Shown here piece after piece: positions 1 to 12,690 of a stretch of DNA of 64,000 nucleotides. The translations under genes were made by a program, and so were the position numbers. The notes under the pieces are model-generated. The model was not told where the DNA came from and searched no databases. It worked only from the letters and a program-made list of their open reading frames with translations. The DNA is from Glaucostegus cemiculus (taxonomy: Eukaryota): positions 8,680,001 to 8,744,000 of the forward strand of contig CDPCPM010000021.1 in assembly GCA_976551045.1 (NCBI GenBank), read 5' to 3'. The number at the start of each line of letters is the position of its first letter. Positions within the stretch are counted from its first letter, which is position 1.

Positions 1-289
1 CTCATGGGTAGAGAATTTCTAAGGTTGGTTACCTTCTGGGTGAAGCAGTTTCTTCTCATTTCAGTCCTGAGGGGTCAACCTCTATTTTGATGTTGTTGAT
101 CCCTAGTTCTAGACTCCCAGCCAGAGGAAATGCCCACTCAGCTCCTGTTTCAGCTCATCTGTTGTTCTGACTCTGAACCATGCTTTAGTTATATGTATAC
201 TCGACTATTCCAACATGTTTCTGACCAGCAACCCCTTGTCTATTCCTCTGTAAGTGTGAAATCATTCAAACCCTGCTGCCCATACTATA

Positions 290-745
290 AATCTCACCAA
301 ATCCAATTCACTCATCACCCTCACTGACACACAGGAACTGGGAATCAGTTGTTAGATCAACATCAGCTCCATTTCTTGTTGCGCTAACAAAGTCTCAACA
401 TTACAATTTCCACCCTTGTTTTCAGTGTTCCCCTTGGCCTTGCCTCTCCCTATTCCTTATATTCCTTCCAGGTACAGAGCCTTCCATGACTTCCTCACTC
501 CTCAACTTTGAGTTCTGCCTTCACTTATTGAGGCTCAAACCTCTGTAATTCACCTTCTGACCCTCTCAGCCTTAGTTTCCTCCTTTATCACACTTTCCAA
601 AACCTACCATTTAATCAAGATTTTGCTCATTTGCCCAAATGTTTTTGTGGCTCAGTGTCAAATTATGTTTGATGACATTCTTCTGAAGGACCTAAGGGGA
701 TCTTAATGTGATGTAAGTGCTATATAAATTCAAGTTGTCATTGTT
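290..745 (+). mobile_element. Degenerate L2-like LINE 3' end
   Basis: L2-type terminal sequence ending 'gtgctatataaattcaagttgtcattgtt'. A similar tail occurs at about 3400-3665. Confidence 0.55.
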
Positions 746-1629
746 ACCTGCTCACATCCTGGCAGCTTCCAGCCATCTCTAACGGCATGTTTCATTGGAT
801 CTAATGTTAAAATTGTCTTGCACTGAAGTTGGTCCATATCTCTTAAAGGTGATATGCAGTACAGCAGGGACAAGAGCTGCCAGCAGTGCAGGTAGTGAAG
901 CAGATTTGGGGAACAGTGGGGGAGAGTGTGGGCTCCAACATTTCAGGGCTCTTATTGAGGGATAAAATGAAGTAGGAGTGACGTCCTATGCCTGGGATTC
1001 TCAAAAGACAATTGTCTCACTGGTAGTAGTGATCACCAGCAATTAAGAATTTGGATGCAGGATCCCAAGAAATCCAAAGATCTAAAAGGGATAGTCAAGG
1101 TCAGTGCTTTTCCAAATGCCGCATTGTACTAACTGCACCACTAGACTCAAGTACAGCATAATTCACCACAGCCCCCACCACTCCCCTTCAGCAATTTCCA
1201 TCAAGACTCATACTCAACACTCCCATGCTTTGCCTCACATACTTACCACTGACACAAACCTTGCACCCACATTTACACTGTTGTTAGAATCAATTCACGC
1301 CAACAGATTGCATCACTTTCATGGGCACACTTCCGTCTTCTTTGCAAAAAAGGTCAACATGCATGTGATTGGCCAGGGGGCCTGTTTCTGTGCTGTATGA
1401 CTAAATGAAATGGTGCATAGCCTGAGGCAACGGGAGCAAGATAAAAAGGGAAGGCATGTCTACATGGCCTAATCTGAATGAAGGAGATGGTCCCGGACAT
1501 TAATGTAGCAGCTACTGTGGCCAGGGGCAGATCAAATCAATTGAAGATGATGGTATATTCATTAATAATCCTGCTCGCATCTCATTCCTCCTCATCCCAC
1601 AATCACTCCTGACAATTGGATCACAACCG

Positions 1630-3242
1630 GATGCACGACAGCTGTGGCAGGGTTTGCATGCCATTACTGCCTTATAAGACAAAACCTAACAGCATAAATA
1701 GCAGTTATGCTTCACTCCCTAATGAGTTCAATGCCTCTTATGCACGCTTTGAAAGGGAGAATAACACTACACCTGTAGGGGTTCCCACAGCATCCGACGA
1801 CCCTGTGATCTCTGTCGTGGAGGCCGATGTCAGAACATCCTTCAAGAGGGTGAACCCTCACAAGGCTTCAGGCCCCGTCAGTGTACCTGCCAAGGTACTG
1901 AAAACCTGTGCCGACCAACTGGCTGGAGTGTTCAAGGACATCTTCAACCTCTCACTGCTGCAGTAGCACTCACAGCTACTATAATAAAGTGCTTTGAGAG
2001 GTTGGTCAAGGCGAGAATTAACTCCTTCCTGAGCAAGGACCTGGACACGCTGCAATTCACCCACAGCCACAACAGGTCTACAGCAAATGCAATCTCACTG
2101 ACTCTCCACTTGGCTTTAGAGCACCTAGCCAAACGCACGACATATGTCAGGCAGTACTGTTTATCGATTACAGCAGAGCGTTCAACACCATCAATCCCTC
2201 AGTACCAATAACCAAGCTTCAAAACCTGGGCCTCTGTACCTCCCTCTGCAACTCCACTTCCTTAAAGGGAGACCAGTCAGTGAAGATTGGCAATAGTATC
2301 TACTCCTGGCTGACTATCAACACAGGCACACCTCAAGGATGCGTGCTTAGCCCACTGCTCTCTCTACACCCATGATTGTGTGGCTAGGCACAGTTCAAAC
2401 ACCATCTATAAATTCGCTGATGATGCCTCTGTTGTTGGCAGAATCTCAGATGGTAACGAGGAGACATACAGGAATGAGATAGATCGGCTGGTTGAGTGGT
2501 GTTGCAACAACAACCTTGCATTCAGCATCAGCAAGACCAAGGAACTGATTGTGGACTTCAGGAAGGGGATATCAGGAGAACACACACCAGTCCTCATTGA
2601 CGGATTAGTGGTGGAAAGGGTGAGCAGCTTCAAGTTTCTGGGCATCAGCATCTCAGAGGATCCATCCTGGGCCCAACACATTGATGCAATCATGAAGAAG
2701 GCACAACAGTGGTTCTACTTCATTAGAAATGTGAGATTTGGTATGTCACCCAAGGCTCTTACAAGTTTCTACGGATATATGGTGGAGAGCATCCTGACTG
2801 GCTGCATCACAGCCTGGTATGGAGACTCCAATGCATAGGATCACAAGAGGCTGCAGAGGGTTGTAGACTCAGCCAGCTCTTTCATAGGCACAACCCTCCC
2901 CGCCATCAAGGACATCTTCAAGAGGCAGTGCCTCAAGAAGGTGACATCCATCACTAAGGACCCTCACCATCCGGGACATGGCCTCTTCTTGTTACTACCA
3001 TCAGGGAGGAGGTACAGGAGCCTGAAGATCCAATCTCAATGATTCAGAAACAGTTTCTTCCCCTTCGCCGTCAGATTTCTGAATGATCCATGAACCCACG
3101 GACACTGCCTCATTATTGCTTTTTTTTTGCACTATTTATTTATTTTTGTAATTTATGGATTTATTTGTCTTTGCACTGTAGTGCTGCTGCAAAACAACAA
3201 ACCTCATGTCATACGTTAGTGATAATAAACCTGATTCTGATT
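1630..3242 (+). mobile_element. Rex1/Babar-type non-LTR retrotransposon, 5'-truncated, with frameshifted RT
   Basis: ORF pieces 1616, 2002 and 2380 encode RT motifs ([20 protein letters not shown]; KFADDASVVGRIS; KTKELIVDFRK; ESILTGCITAWYG). 3' end is AATAAA followed by ctgattctgatt. Confidence 0.9.
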
Positions 3243-3974
3243 ATCAGTAATCAATGGGTGCAGAATAACATTTAATTGATGTTGGGTGTTATATTAATGG
3301 TAATTTGACTGAATTTATATCTAATAATTAATCCAGTAATCTAATAAGTATAGTGCACTGATCTATTTGAATATGAGCTCTTCCTGTTTCTGCTGTTAAT
3401 TGGCCATTGAGCCTCTCCAGGTCTTGCCCCTCATACTTCCTGATTTTCATTGCTTTACCACTGACCTGAACTTACTAGTCACTCAGTTTTGAAACTGCTT
3501 ATTTAAATTTCTCCATGTCACTTTTCTCCCTTTAGTTGCTCCTTAAAACTCACCTCTTTAGCCGAGCTATGATCACCTGGCCTAACATCTCTTGATGTGG
3601 TCCATTGCCAAATCTTGTCTGACATTTTTTTAAGAGGGTGCTATATATGAGGAAGTTGTTGTTGTAGATAAATATAATTGCAATATGATTTTAAGCTGGT
3701 AGAAATGTGCAGGAGCGCAGTGGAGCAATGAACCCTCAGTGAATGGGATTATCAGCAAAATTAACTATAAAGCGACAATGGAAAGTAATAAATCATCGCA
3801 GTTGCCACTTGAAGCCAATAGGATTGCCAGCAACAGTGGGCCGAGTGGTGGTATTAGTATATGTCTCCAACAGCACCATCAGGTGAAGTCCTATGTAACC
3901 AGAGCTGATGAAGATCTTTTTTGCTAGAAAAAGAAATGCACCTCCTTTTTTCTATGTCACCAGCAGTGTTCATG

Positions 3975-4225
3975 CCCACATGAATAATATTATGATAATT
4001 CACAGCACTACTTTGAACAAGAAAGAGAGAATTCCCCCAGCCTTCGGGCGAATAATTAACACTTCACCAACATGATAAAAACAGATTGACTGGTTATTAT
4101 GATGTTGTTGTTGAGTGAACTTGCTGTGTGAAAATTGGCTGTTGTGTTTGTGACATTAGAACTGCTCCTGCCTTATGTTCATAAGGATCTCCTGACATAG
4201 TGAAGGATGCTTTATCAATACAAGC
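3975..4225 (+). mobile_element. Deu-domain SINE (SacSINE1/AmnSINE1-like) fragment
   Basis: 'cagcactactttgaacaagaaagagagaattccccc...aaacagattgactggttattatg...gaacttgctgtgtgaaaattggctg' matches the recalled Deu-domain consensus. Confidence 0.6.
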
Positions 4226-6039
4226 CTTTCTCTTTTGAATTAAGGCACTAAAACCATAGAACCATAGAACCTTACAGCACAAAACAGGCCCTTCGGCCCA
4301 CCAAGTTGTGCCATCCTTCAAACATCTCACAATCTAACTCTTTCCTCCCACATATCCTACTATTCCACATTCTTCCATGTGCCTATCTAACAATCAACTA
4401 AGTAATTGATTGAAACTTTAGACCTGTGTTATGTATGTACAGAAGTTTCCAGAATCAGTAGACTGTTGCAATTAAAAGTAAATAGATAGAAATGAATTTC
4501 TCTTCCTGAGTGTCTTTGTAAACTGTTTCCAGTTATTGTTGAAGGAAATGCCCCATTGTTTGTCATTGGTGCTAAGTGGCTTTAATATGGCATCTCAGCT
4601 CAATTAGCAATGCCACATTCTGTCTGATAGAATTATGTTTTGGGAAAGGAAAAAAAGTATATTCTTCACGTGGAAGGTTTCATCTGGCGATACTGGTCAT
4701 CTACCATATTGTACACTGTAAAAATCGTAAATGGGCATCACAAGTAGTAAGAGAGAAGCATCTGGGGGGCAAAAGCAGAGAAACAAATTCCTCTGATGAT
4801 GGGATCCAGAACAAAGGCACTCTGTTGAAGTCAGAGACAGCCCATTCACCAGCAAAACCAGGATACCTGTTTACTTTATGTACACCGAAACCTTGAACTC
4901 TTCCTTCAAATCTGCAAGACTCTGATCTCTCAGAATTTGTCAGGTACGGTACGATGCTGATTAAGTAGAGGTGAAAAGATTTACAGATTAGCAATAACCT
5001 GACTGGAAAAGGCCCAAGGGTTTGAATGTCCCACCCATTCCTGGTAAGTATGCCAATCTGTTTAAATGAGCAGGTTTCCTAAATTATAACTTTTTGATGG
5101 TATTACGAATGAAATGCTATTTTCTTAAAAGCATTGACTTGTCCCAGCTATTTGTTATTCTTTGTTATACTATCTAATTAGAGTCCAACATCTTTAGGTT
5201 TAACGTGAAAGTTACTCAGGTATTGAAATATGAAATAATGACATCATTAATCACTTATTTGAAATACCTGTGTACCATGAATATAAATATAGTTTCTCTA
5301 CGTATATATTATAGTTTTCTTAGCATCTGAAATTTATCATGATGATGTATCTTGTAGATGGAGGCCTAGGTAGAATCGATTAATATGTACTCCATTTTAT
5401 ATAAATATATCATTTAAAATTAATTTTTAATATCAACTACCTTAACAGTATTGATACATGCCTCATTGGTTTGATAGTGATGATGCTTCTAAATATGGAG
5501 AACTACAGTAGTAAAGGAACAAAAAAAAAATTGCACTGAAGATAATCTCGCCATAAGATTTGTGTAGTAATTAACTGTTCCAGTCAGTTTTCTAATTGTT
5601 CCAAATGGCAACTGACTCCAGTAATTAGTTCAATTAACTATACGTATTTCTACCAATTTATTATTCTATTTTAATTGCTACCTCTAATGATCAATGAATA
5701 TTCCATGAATAACATTGTTACCCCATTGATTACTGAAAGAACTACACCAATCTCAATATTCAATCCAAACACAAATAAAACTAAACAGAATAGAATAAAA
5801 TTGTAATTTAATGTGGTGATAACTAGTTACTCCATCCAATTGGTAATAATATTACCACATCCATAGTGGAGATACAGAGGTTGAGGAATCAAATCATGTT
5901 ATTGGCCAACTAATGGTTTGTTTCAGGACATCCTGCTGCCTAATTCTGCAACCTGCAAGGCTCAAAGCATCATGCCTTACTGCACAGGACATATACAATT
6001 AAAGGTCTTTCCTTCATGGATCCCAGCATTGATCCATCT

Positions 6040-6780
6040 GAGTAGCAGGAGGAGTGGAAAGGACAGTGAGGGAGAGTGGGTGGGTGTGGTGAATGATCAA
6101 AAGCGGAGGAGATGATCCAGATGGATTAGTGGCCAGGAGTTGGGAGGTGGGTGAAGATCGATAAGCAAAGGGTGTCAGGATTTGTGGCTAAGGATAGACA
6201 GAGGGGGGAGGAATGGGATGATGGGGGCAGCAGATAAGGACATAAATAGGAGGGGTCATTGACAGGGCAATGATAGACAGGGATGTAGGTGTGACTCAGA
6301 CACTGGGGAGACCCAACAGTCCAGGGAATGGGGATGGAAGAGGGTGGGGTCAGTGGCCGAGAGTCAATAGACAGGGATGGAGGATGTCAGCCACTGGGGA
6401 TAAAGGGGTCGGGGGATGGATGGTGGATATTGTCGGCAGCCGAGACAAGACGTAGGAGTGAGTGGGGAAGTTTTGTGGTTGAGGAAATTGATAGTCAGTG
6501 GAGGTTGGCGAATGGGTCAGAACCTGGGGTATTAATAGCCACAGAGTGTTGAGGATTCATAAAGGTGGGTGGGATCAGCTGCCGGAGACTGGTAGTCGGA
6601 GATGGATGGGGATAAGTAGTAGAAGGTTTATGGATTGATTACTGACGGTCAATGGACTGGTAGGAGGTGGCGCTGGAGAGAGTTGACTTATTGATGGGTA
6701 GGCTTGGGCAACAGACTTTTAGGTCTGTGGGATCACAAGTCAATTGAGCAAAGGTGGAGATAGATGGCCCTAGTGAGAGC
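6040..6780. repeat. G/A-rich degenerate tandem-like tract
   Basis: Strong G skew with recurrent gggg/gatag/gtcag units. Similar tracts at 25440-25940 and 32005-32420. Confidence 0.6.
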
Positions 6781-7829
6781 AGTTGCATTGGGTAAGTTTT
6801 TTACAAAAGGAGACTACATCGAGTGACCTATTAATGTTGATATCCATGGGCAGGTGCCTGATCTTGTAAGTCCCCTTTAATTAATGCTGAGTTAGCTCTC
6901 ACGATTAGTGTGGGGCACGTTTCTTCATCAGTTGCCTCCACCACATGCACATAAAAGATCCAAAAGGAAAATCAGGAAACCTGTGAACCTTGCAGTAAGT
7001 TTCAATTAGAATCAAAATTTTCACCGAATTTGAATTGTGCAGCACAGAAAACTCCTGAACTCTCAAAGGTACTGCACTGAATACAACTGATGTGAGCAAA
7101 TAGTCATTGTTTACATATGTACTGTTCAATATGTGCCTGCTACGGAAATGAGTCACCATACAGTCAGCAGTATCATGGGATAGTCATTGCAGTGTGCAGG
7201 AACCTAAGAATCCTTTTTCAGATTATCTTGAACCCTGGAAAAGATGGGGTAACTAAGCCAAGTTTTGCACCTGAGTTTTTATCAGACTTGTACCATGTAT
7301 ATTTAAACTGCACTTTGCTGCATGCAATTTTTCAAATATTCTCTTTTTAAAAATTTATTTGCCATTTTAAAAATAGGCAGTATCTTGAATTATGATTAAT
7401 TTACATAATTCACCCACTTCAATGATGATTTGAACTATTTGGTTAAACTGACAGCTTCCCCACAGGTAGAGACTTAAAAAGATGACGTAGCTCAAATGTA
7501 TGAAGAGGCTAAATTAATGCATGTATTTGATAAGCAATCATTCCTTGAACTAAAAATTCTCCCAATGATAATTCATCTGTACATGTGCTTGATAACAAAT
7601 TTAATCTTGTAATCCCAATATTACTGAGTTTTTGCAGCAACAAGTAAAAGGAAGTAGAAAAAAAAGATTATAATGTCCACCACAATCACAGCTAATCTAA
7701 TTATTTAGTATCTTAGAATCCTTCTTGTTTCTGCTGATCCTCATTTGATCTTCTATATAATGTTCCTATTTGCCTGAATAAAGCAAACTATAATTATCAG
7801 CTAATTTCCTGACACCACAGGGCTTTTCC

Positions 7830-8245
7830 AACATCAAAAGAGACTGCAGATGCTGGAATCCAGAATTAAAAAAAGAACGCTGGAAGAACTATGCAGGACA
7901 AGCAGCATCTGTAGAAGGGTGCAAGTCAGCTTCAGGCACGGTAGTGTAGCGGTTAGCGTAATGCTTTACAGCGTAAGTGACCCAGGTTCAATTCTGGCCA
8001 CTGTCTGTAAGGAGTTTGTACATTATCCCCGTGTCTGCGTGGGTTTCGTCCCACATTCCAAAGGTTAGGAAATTGTGGGCATGCTATGTTGGCGCTGGAA
8101 GCGTGGTGACACTCGCAGGCTGCCCTTAGAACACTACGCAAAAAAGACACATTTCTCTGTGTGTTTCAATGTACATGTGACTAATGAAGATATCTTATCT
8201 TTTTGGGTTGAGACCTGCTGAGTTCTTCCAACATTCTGTTTATTT
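7830..8245. mobile_element. Penelope-derived fold-back relic interrupted by a V-SINE (7935-8201, +)
   Basis: Left arm 'actgcagatgctggaatccag...ctggaagaact...agcagcatct' and right arm 'acctgctgagttcttccaaca'. The inserted SINE has a tRNA-like head and a tail ending gatatcttatct. Confidence 0.75.
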
Positions 8246-8289
8246 GTCCTATGAGATATAACTCAGGAAACTGTCAGACTTGTCTACAA

Positions 8290-8765
8290 TCGCCTGAATG
8301 AGTTCAGCATCACCAACTCTCAAGAATTTCAACACAATCTGAGACAAAGCGACCCTGTCACCCTGATTGGCACCCTGTCAGCCACCTTGAGCATTCATAC
8401 CCTCCACCACCAGTGTAATGTCTGCAGTGTGTGTCAAGTACAAAGTGCACCAGTTACTCACCTAGGCTATGCTGATAGCACCTTCTGACCCACAACCTCA
8501 ACCAACAAGTAGGACAAGGGCAACAAGGATGTGGGAAGCTCACCTCAAAATCATACACTATCCTGCTGTGGAAATATATTGCTGACCTTTCATCATCATT
8601 GCTTCCAAATCCTGGAACTCCCTCCCCAACACACATTGCAGGAGTACCTTCACTAGAGGGACTGCCGTCGTTTAAGAAAGGCAGCTCACCACCACCTTCT
8701 CAAGAGCAAGTAAGGATAGGCAATAAATGCTGGCTTTGCTGGTGATACCCAAATCCCAAAAACGA
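8290..8765 (+). mobile_element. LINE 3' fragment (CR1/L2-group, elasmobranch family)
   Basis: Ends 'ggcaataaatgctggctttgctggtgatacccaaatccc'. Homologous to 23100-23590. Confidence 0.7.
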
Positions 8766-9084
8766 ACAGGAAAAGATCATATGAACAAGCTAGCAATACC
8801 TATATTTGTTTGTTCTTCTATAATTCAATTATGCATTAGAATTGTTGTATAAATTACTTTTAGCTTCTTTGTACTAATGCTTTCCTTTACTTTCCCACTC
8901 TTGAAGAAGATATTTTCTTTGTATTTTCAGATGATGTGCCTCAGAGACACATTACTTCATTGAAGATGTTACCAAAATGCAAGTTGTTGTTGCAGAAGTG
9001 TCTCTGGACCCCCTGCATTATGCCGATGTTGGGAAAAGTCCATAAGCAAGGAAACACAAAACTGTGAATAGTATTACAGCTGTA

Positions 9085-9555
9085 GAGTCACAGAGCTATT
9101 CAGCATCGAAACAGGCCCTTCAGCCCAATTTGTCCTTGCTGACGAAGTTCCCCAACTGAGATAGTCCCATTTGCCTGTAGGTGGCCCATATGCCTCTAAA
9201 CCTTTACTGTCCATGTAACTGTCCAAATGTCATTTAAACATTGTAATTGTATCTACCTCTGCCAGTTCCTCTGGCAAGACTTTCCATACATTCACCACTC
9301 TCTGTTTGAAAAAGTTGCCCCTCAGGTCCCTTATAAATCTTTCCCCTCTTAAACCTGTGCACTGAAGATTTGGACTCCTCTACCCCGCAGAAAGGACTTC
9401 GGTTATTCACCTTATCTATGTCCCTCATGATTTGATAAACTTCTATAAGGTCTCCCCTCAGCCACCTAGTTTCCAGGGGAAAAAAGTCCCAGTTTATCCA
9501 GCCTTTCCTTATAATTCAAGCCCTCTAGCCCCGTAACATCCTTGTAAATCTTCAT
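9085..9555 (-). mobile_element. CR1/HER1-type LINE 3' fragment
   Basis: The reverse strand has the CR1 ORF2 C-terminal region and the tail 'gggctgaagggcctgtttcgatgctg'. Confidence 0.75.
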
Positions 9556-9978
9556 AATTTTAATACACATTAACTACCCATTTCTGGGGCCCTGATTTCA
9601 GCCAGGCTGTGAAGGGGTGCTATTTCACATAAAAGCCAAAGGACAAACAGCAAGTTACCTCAGCCCTCTCTTGCACACGTTTTGGTGGCTGTGTGGAGTT
9701 GCAGAGGCAATGGTCCAGAAAGAGGGAATTTGCTGTCCATCTGGATGAGGAACAACACAAAATGCAGATGGACAACTACCTGCTATTATACTTTCTATCC
9801 AACCAGTGATAGCAAAGCATATTAATTATTGATCTACTTACAATATTGCACACAATGGGCTTAACTTCAGAGTCATCACACATGCACAGTGTCAGGTATA
9901 ACACACCTCAGAAATGAAGTCAATTCAATAAGGAAGCATAGCCTATGTACAGAACATAACCTGAATGTGTATAATTGG

Positions 9979-10299
9979 AGTTCTTCCCACAAGCTATTAG
10001 AACTGTGAACTCCCTCATCCCTCCATCACTCCCGCCAACACTAAAGGATGTTAGGCGTACAGAAACGCACCAGCATTTTAAATGTCTGCTGCCAGTACGC
10101 TCACTTTAAGATTATTTATTTAAGTTGTGTAATTTAATTTTGTGAATGTTTTTAGTGTCTCTCTGTCTTTGTGTCTCTCAGTGTTTGTTTCTTTTTTTTT
10201 AATGTGACATGCACCTTGACCTGTGGAGTACGGTATTTTGCTTCTATGCATACTGTATGTGTATATGGTAAGTGACAATAAAACTGATTCTGATTCTGA
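9979..10299 (+). mobile_element. Rex1/Babar-type LINE 3' end (same family as 49650-50663)
   Basis: Nearly identical to 50343-50663; ends gacaataaaactgattctgattctga. Confidence 0.85.
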
Positions 10300-10528
10300 A
10301 TGGCCTGTCTAACACTGATGCCATGACATACAACGACTGCTGTGTCAATTTGCTCTATTTACACTGCTGCCAGACCATTACTTTCAATGGGTCTCATTAG
10401 ACATGGTGCGACTCCAACGGAAGAAGGTTTGCTAGCCACCTGGCAAATGTTCTACATCAAAAATGAAGCTACTTTGGTGTAAACCTGATGCAAACATAAA
10501 GTACGTTAAGAGTGCACACTGATCAAAA

Positions 10529-10534
10529 TTTATT
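10529..10534 (-). promoter_or_regulatory. Candidate polyadenylation signal for COLGALT2
   Basis: AATAAA on the minus strand in non-repeat sequence about 3.2 kb after the stop, followed by T/GT-rich sequence. An alternative AATAAA lies at 12767-12772 inside a Penelope relic. No transcript evidence. Confidence 0.3.
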
Positions 10535-10770
10535 ACATTTACCAATTACAGTCTTGCACTACCCGTGAAATTCAAAACTATTGCCTCGGCATCCAAATGG
10601 AAATGACAGAAGCATAGAAACAGTCTGTGTTGTCAAAGTAAAAACCTCAGAGGCAGGGCACTATTCAGAAAGGAACGTCACACTAGGAAAGTTCTTGAGA
10701 AGCATTGCTTACTGTAGGTTTCAGGAGGATTGTGACTTTGGTATTATTTCTTGATTCAAGTTGTCTATGA

Positions 10771-11085
10771 GGTGGCGGAGGGGTGCAGCTTGTGGAGCTG
10801 CTGCCTCACAGCTCCAGTGACCCGGGTTCAATCCTGACCGCCAGTACTGTCTGCATCCTGTGACAGAATGGGTTTCCTCCCATATCCCAAACTAATGTGG
10901 GATTGTAGGTTAATTGGTCACTGTAATTTGCCCCTAGTGTAAGTGAGTGAATTAAGTGGCAAATCTGGGGAGAGTTGATGGGAATGTAGGGAAAATATAA
11001 TTGGATCAGTGTAAATGAGTGCTTGATGGTCGGCATGGACTTGTTGGGCCGAAGGGCCTGCTTTCCTGCTGTATGACTCTATGAG
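10771..11085 (+). mobile_element. V-SINE (HE1-like, long-tail subfamily)
   Basis: tRNA-like head (gacccgggttcaatcc), V-domain remnant, CR1-like tail 'gggccgaagggcctgc...gtatgactctatga'. Confidence 0.8.
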
Positions 11086-11109
11086 GGGTGACTGGACAGA
11101 CTCTAAATA

Positions 11110-11350
11110 GGACGGCACGATAGCGTAGCGGTTAGCGCGACGCTGTTACAGCGCCAGCGATTGGGGTTCGATTCCCGTCTCTGACTGTAAGGAGTTTGTA
11201 CGTTCTCCCGTGTCCACGTGGGTTTCCTCCGGGTGCTCCGGTTTCCTCCCACATTCTAAAGACGTACGGGTAGGGGGTTTACAGTGGGCGGCGCGGACTC
11301 GTTGGGCCGAAAGGGCCTGTTACCACGCTGTAAATAAAATTTAAAAAAAA
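11110..11350 (+). mobile_element. Young V-SINE (HE1-like)
   Basis: Head ggcacgatagcgtagcggttagcgcg...ggttcgattcc (A/B boxes), V-domain gggtttcctccgggtgctccggtttcctcccac, CR1-like tail and A-rich end. CpG-rich. Confidence 0.9.
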
Positions 11351-11869
11351 TTTAGGATCAATTAAACATGTCATTAAAAATTTCCATTTATATGGATCTT
11401 TCAACACAAGGATAAGTAAAATGCCACATAGACGAAAAACATGGTGCCATATTCAGAGCATTGACCAAAGCCTGGCTGAGAACAAGAATAAATCAGTTTT
11501 CAACAAAAGAAGGCAAAGTCTACCAGGATAGCACATGTGGTAGCTCTACCAATAACAAGAATGTTTAAAGCAAACAGATGGAAAGGAAGGAGGTTTCGGA
11601 TGTAGGATAAGGTCAGGGAAAAATCTGAAAGTTAACTTGACTTTATGTTGAAGGCATTAGAGGCAGGGAGCCATTGCAGGTCTTGCGTTTCTCTCCATAT
11701 ATCTTCCATTAAGCTTGAACTTACATCCAAACAGCATTAATCAGCCATTTTGTTCACATTGTGGGAATCTTATACCATCAGAAGATTTCAAAAATTTGTG
11801 AATGAAATGGATAATGTTAAATAAGATAAAAAGTATCAGTGATCACTAGAAATGATCAACTTTCATGCA

Positions 11870-12090
11870 CAAAATTCTGGACTGATATCCAATGCAGTAC
11901 TGTGGGAGAGCTGCACTAGCCATCCAGATGTCTGTCCTCCCTGGTGCACACAAAAGATGTCTTGGCACTACTTCAAAGAAATGCAGCCAGTTATCCCTGA
12001 TGTCCTGCCCAATATTGATCTCTCAACCAACATTGCTGAAAGCAGATTATCAGGTCATTATCAACTTCTGATTGTGAGAGCTTGCTGCAA
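11870..12090 (+). mobile_element. Deu-domain SINE (SacSINE1-like)
   Basis: 'aaaagatgtcttggcactacttcaaagaa...tgtcctgcccaatattgatctctcaaccaacat...gcagattatcaggtcattatc...gagcttgctg'. Confidence 0.7.
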
Positions 12091-12379
12091 CTAGATCGAC
12101 TTAGAACAGAAGTTCGGCTTCCAAAGAACTAAATTATCTTGAAGGGGTCGTGGAAGTCATACAATGAAAATCTTTTTTCTTTCACAAATTCCTTCCAACA
12201 GTCACATCATATGGTCCCTGATCAGCTCTCTGGACAGGACTGAATGTGAGCAAGTTAAATCATGTAGACCCTCAGCCCCGCATCAGCCAGCAAATCAAAT
12301 TCCCATCCATCCTGATGGTCTCCTGAAGGCTCCGTAATTCAGGTGTTCATAACCTGGGGAGGAGCCGTATTGGGAGAAT

Positions 12380-12690
12380 TTTGAATGAGGGGACATAGTT
12401 TCAATATTGTGGGCAGTAAGTTAAAACTGAGGCAGGTAGGAACTTCTTGCAGTGGGTGGTGAATCTCTGGAATTCTCTACCCCGGACGGTTGTAGAAGCT
12501 AGGTCGCTGGGGGGACTTAAAGAGGAAGTAGATACATTTTTGAAAGCTTGGGGAATTGAGGACGGTGGGAAAGTGGCACAGAAGAGGATATGAGACCTGG
12601 AGTAGATCAGCCATAATTATATTGAATGGCAGGGGAGGCTTGAGAGGTCAAATGGGCAACTCGTGCTCCTACTTCCTTATGTTCTCACTG
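12380..12690 (+). mobile_element. CR1-type LINE 3' fragment
   Basis: 'gtggtgaatctctggaattctctacccc...gatcagccataattatattgaatggc...gctcctacttccttatgttct'. Confidence 0.75.

Noticed and set aside
4576-5043. Overlapping ORFs and exon-like segment
   Set aside because: The candidate 4987-5043 exon has stops in all frames, and no homology is recognisable.
11110-11180. tRNA gene
   Set aside because: The A/B-box sequence is the tRNA-derived head of a SINE, followed by a V-domain and tail and repeated many times.
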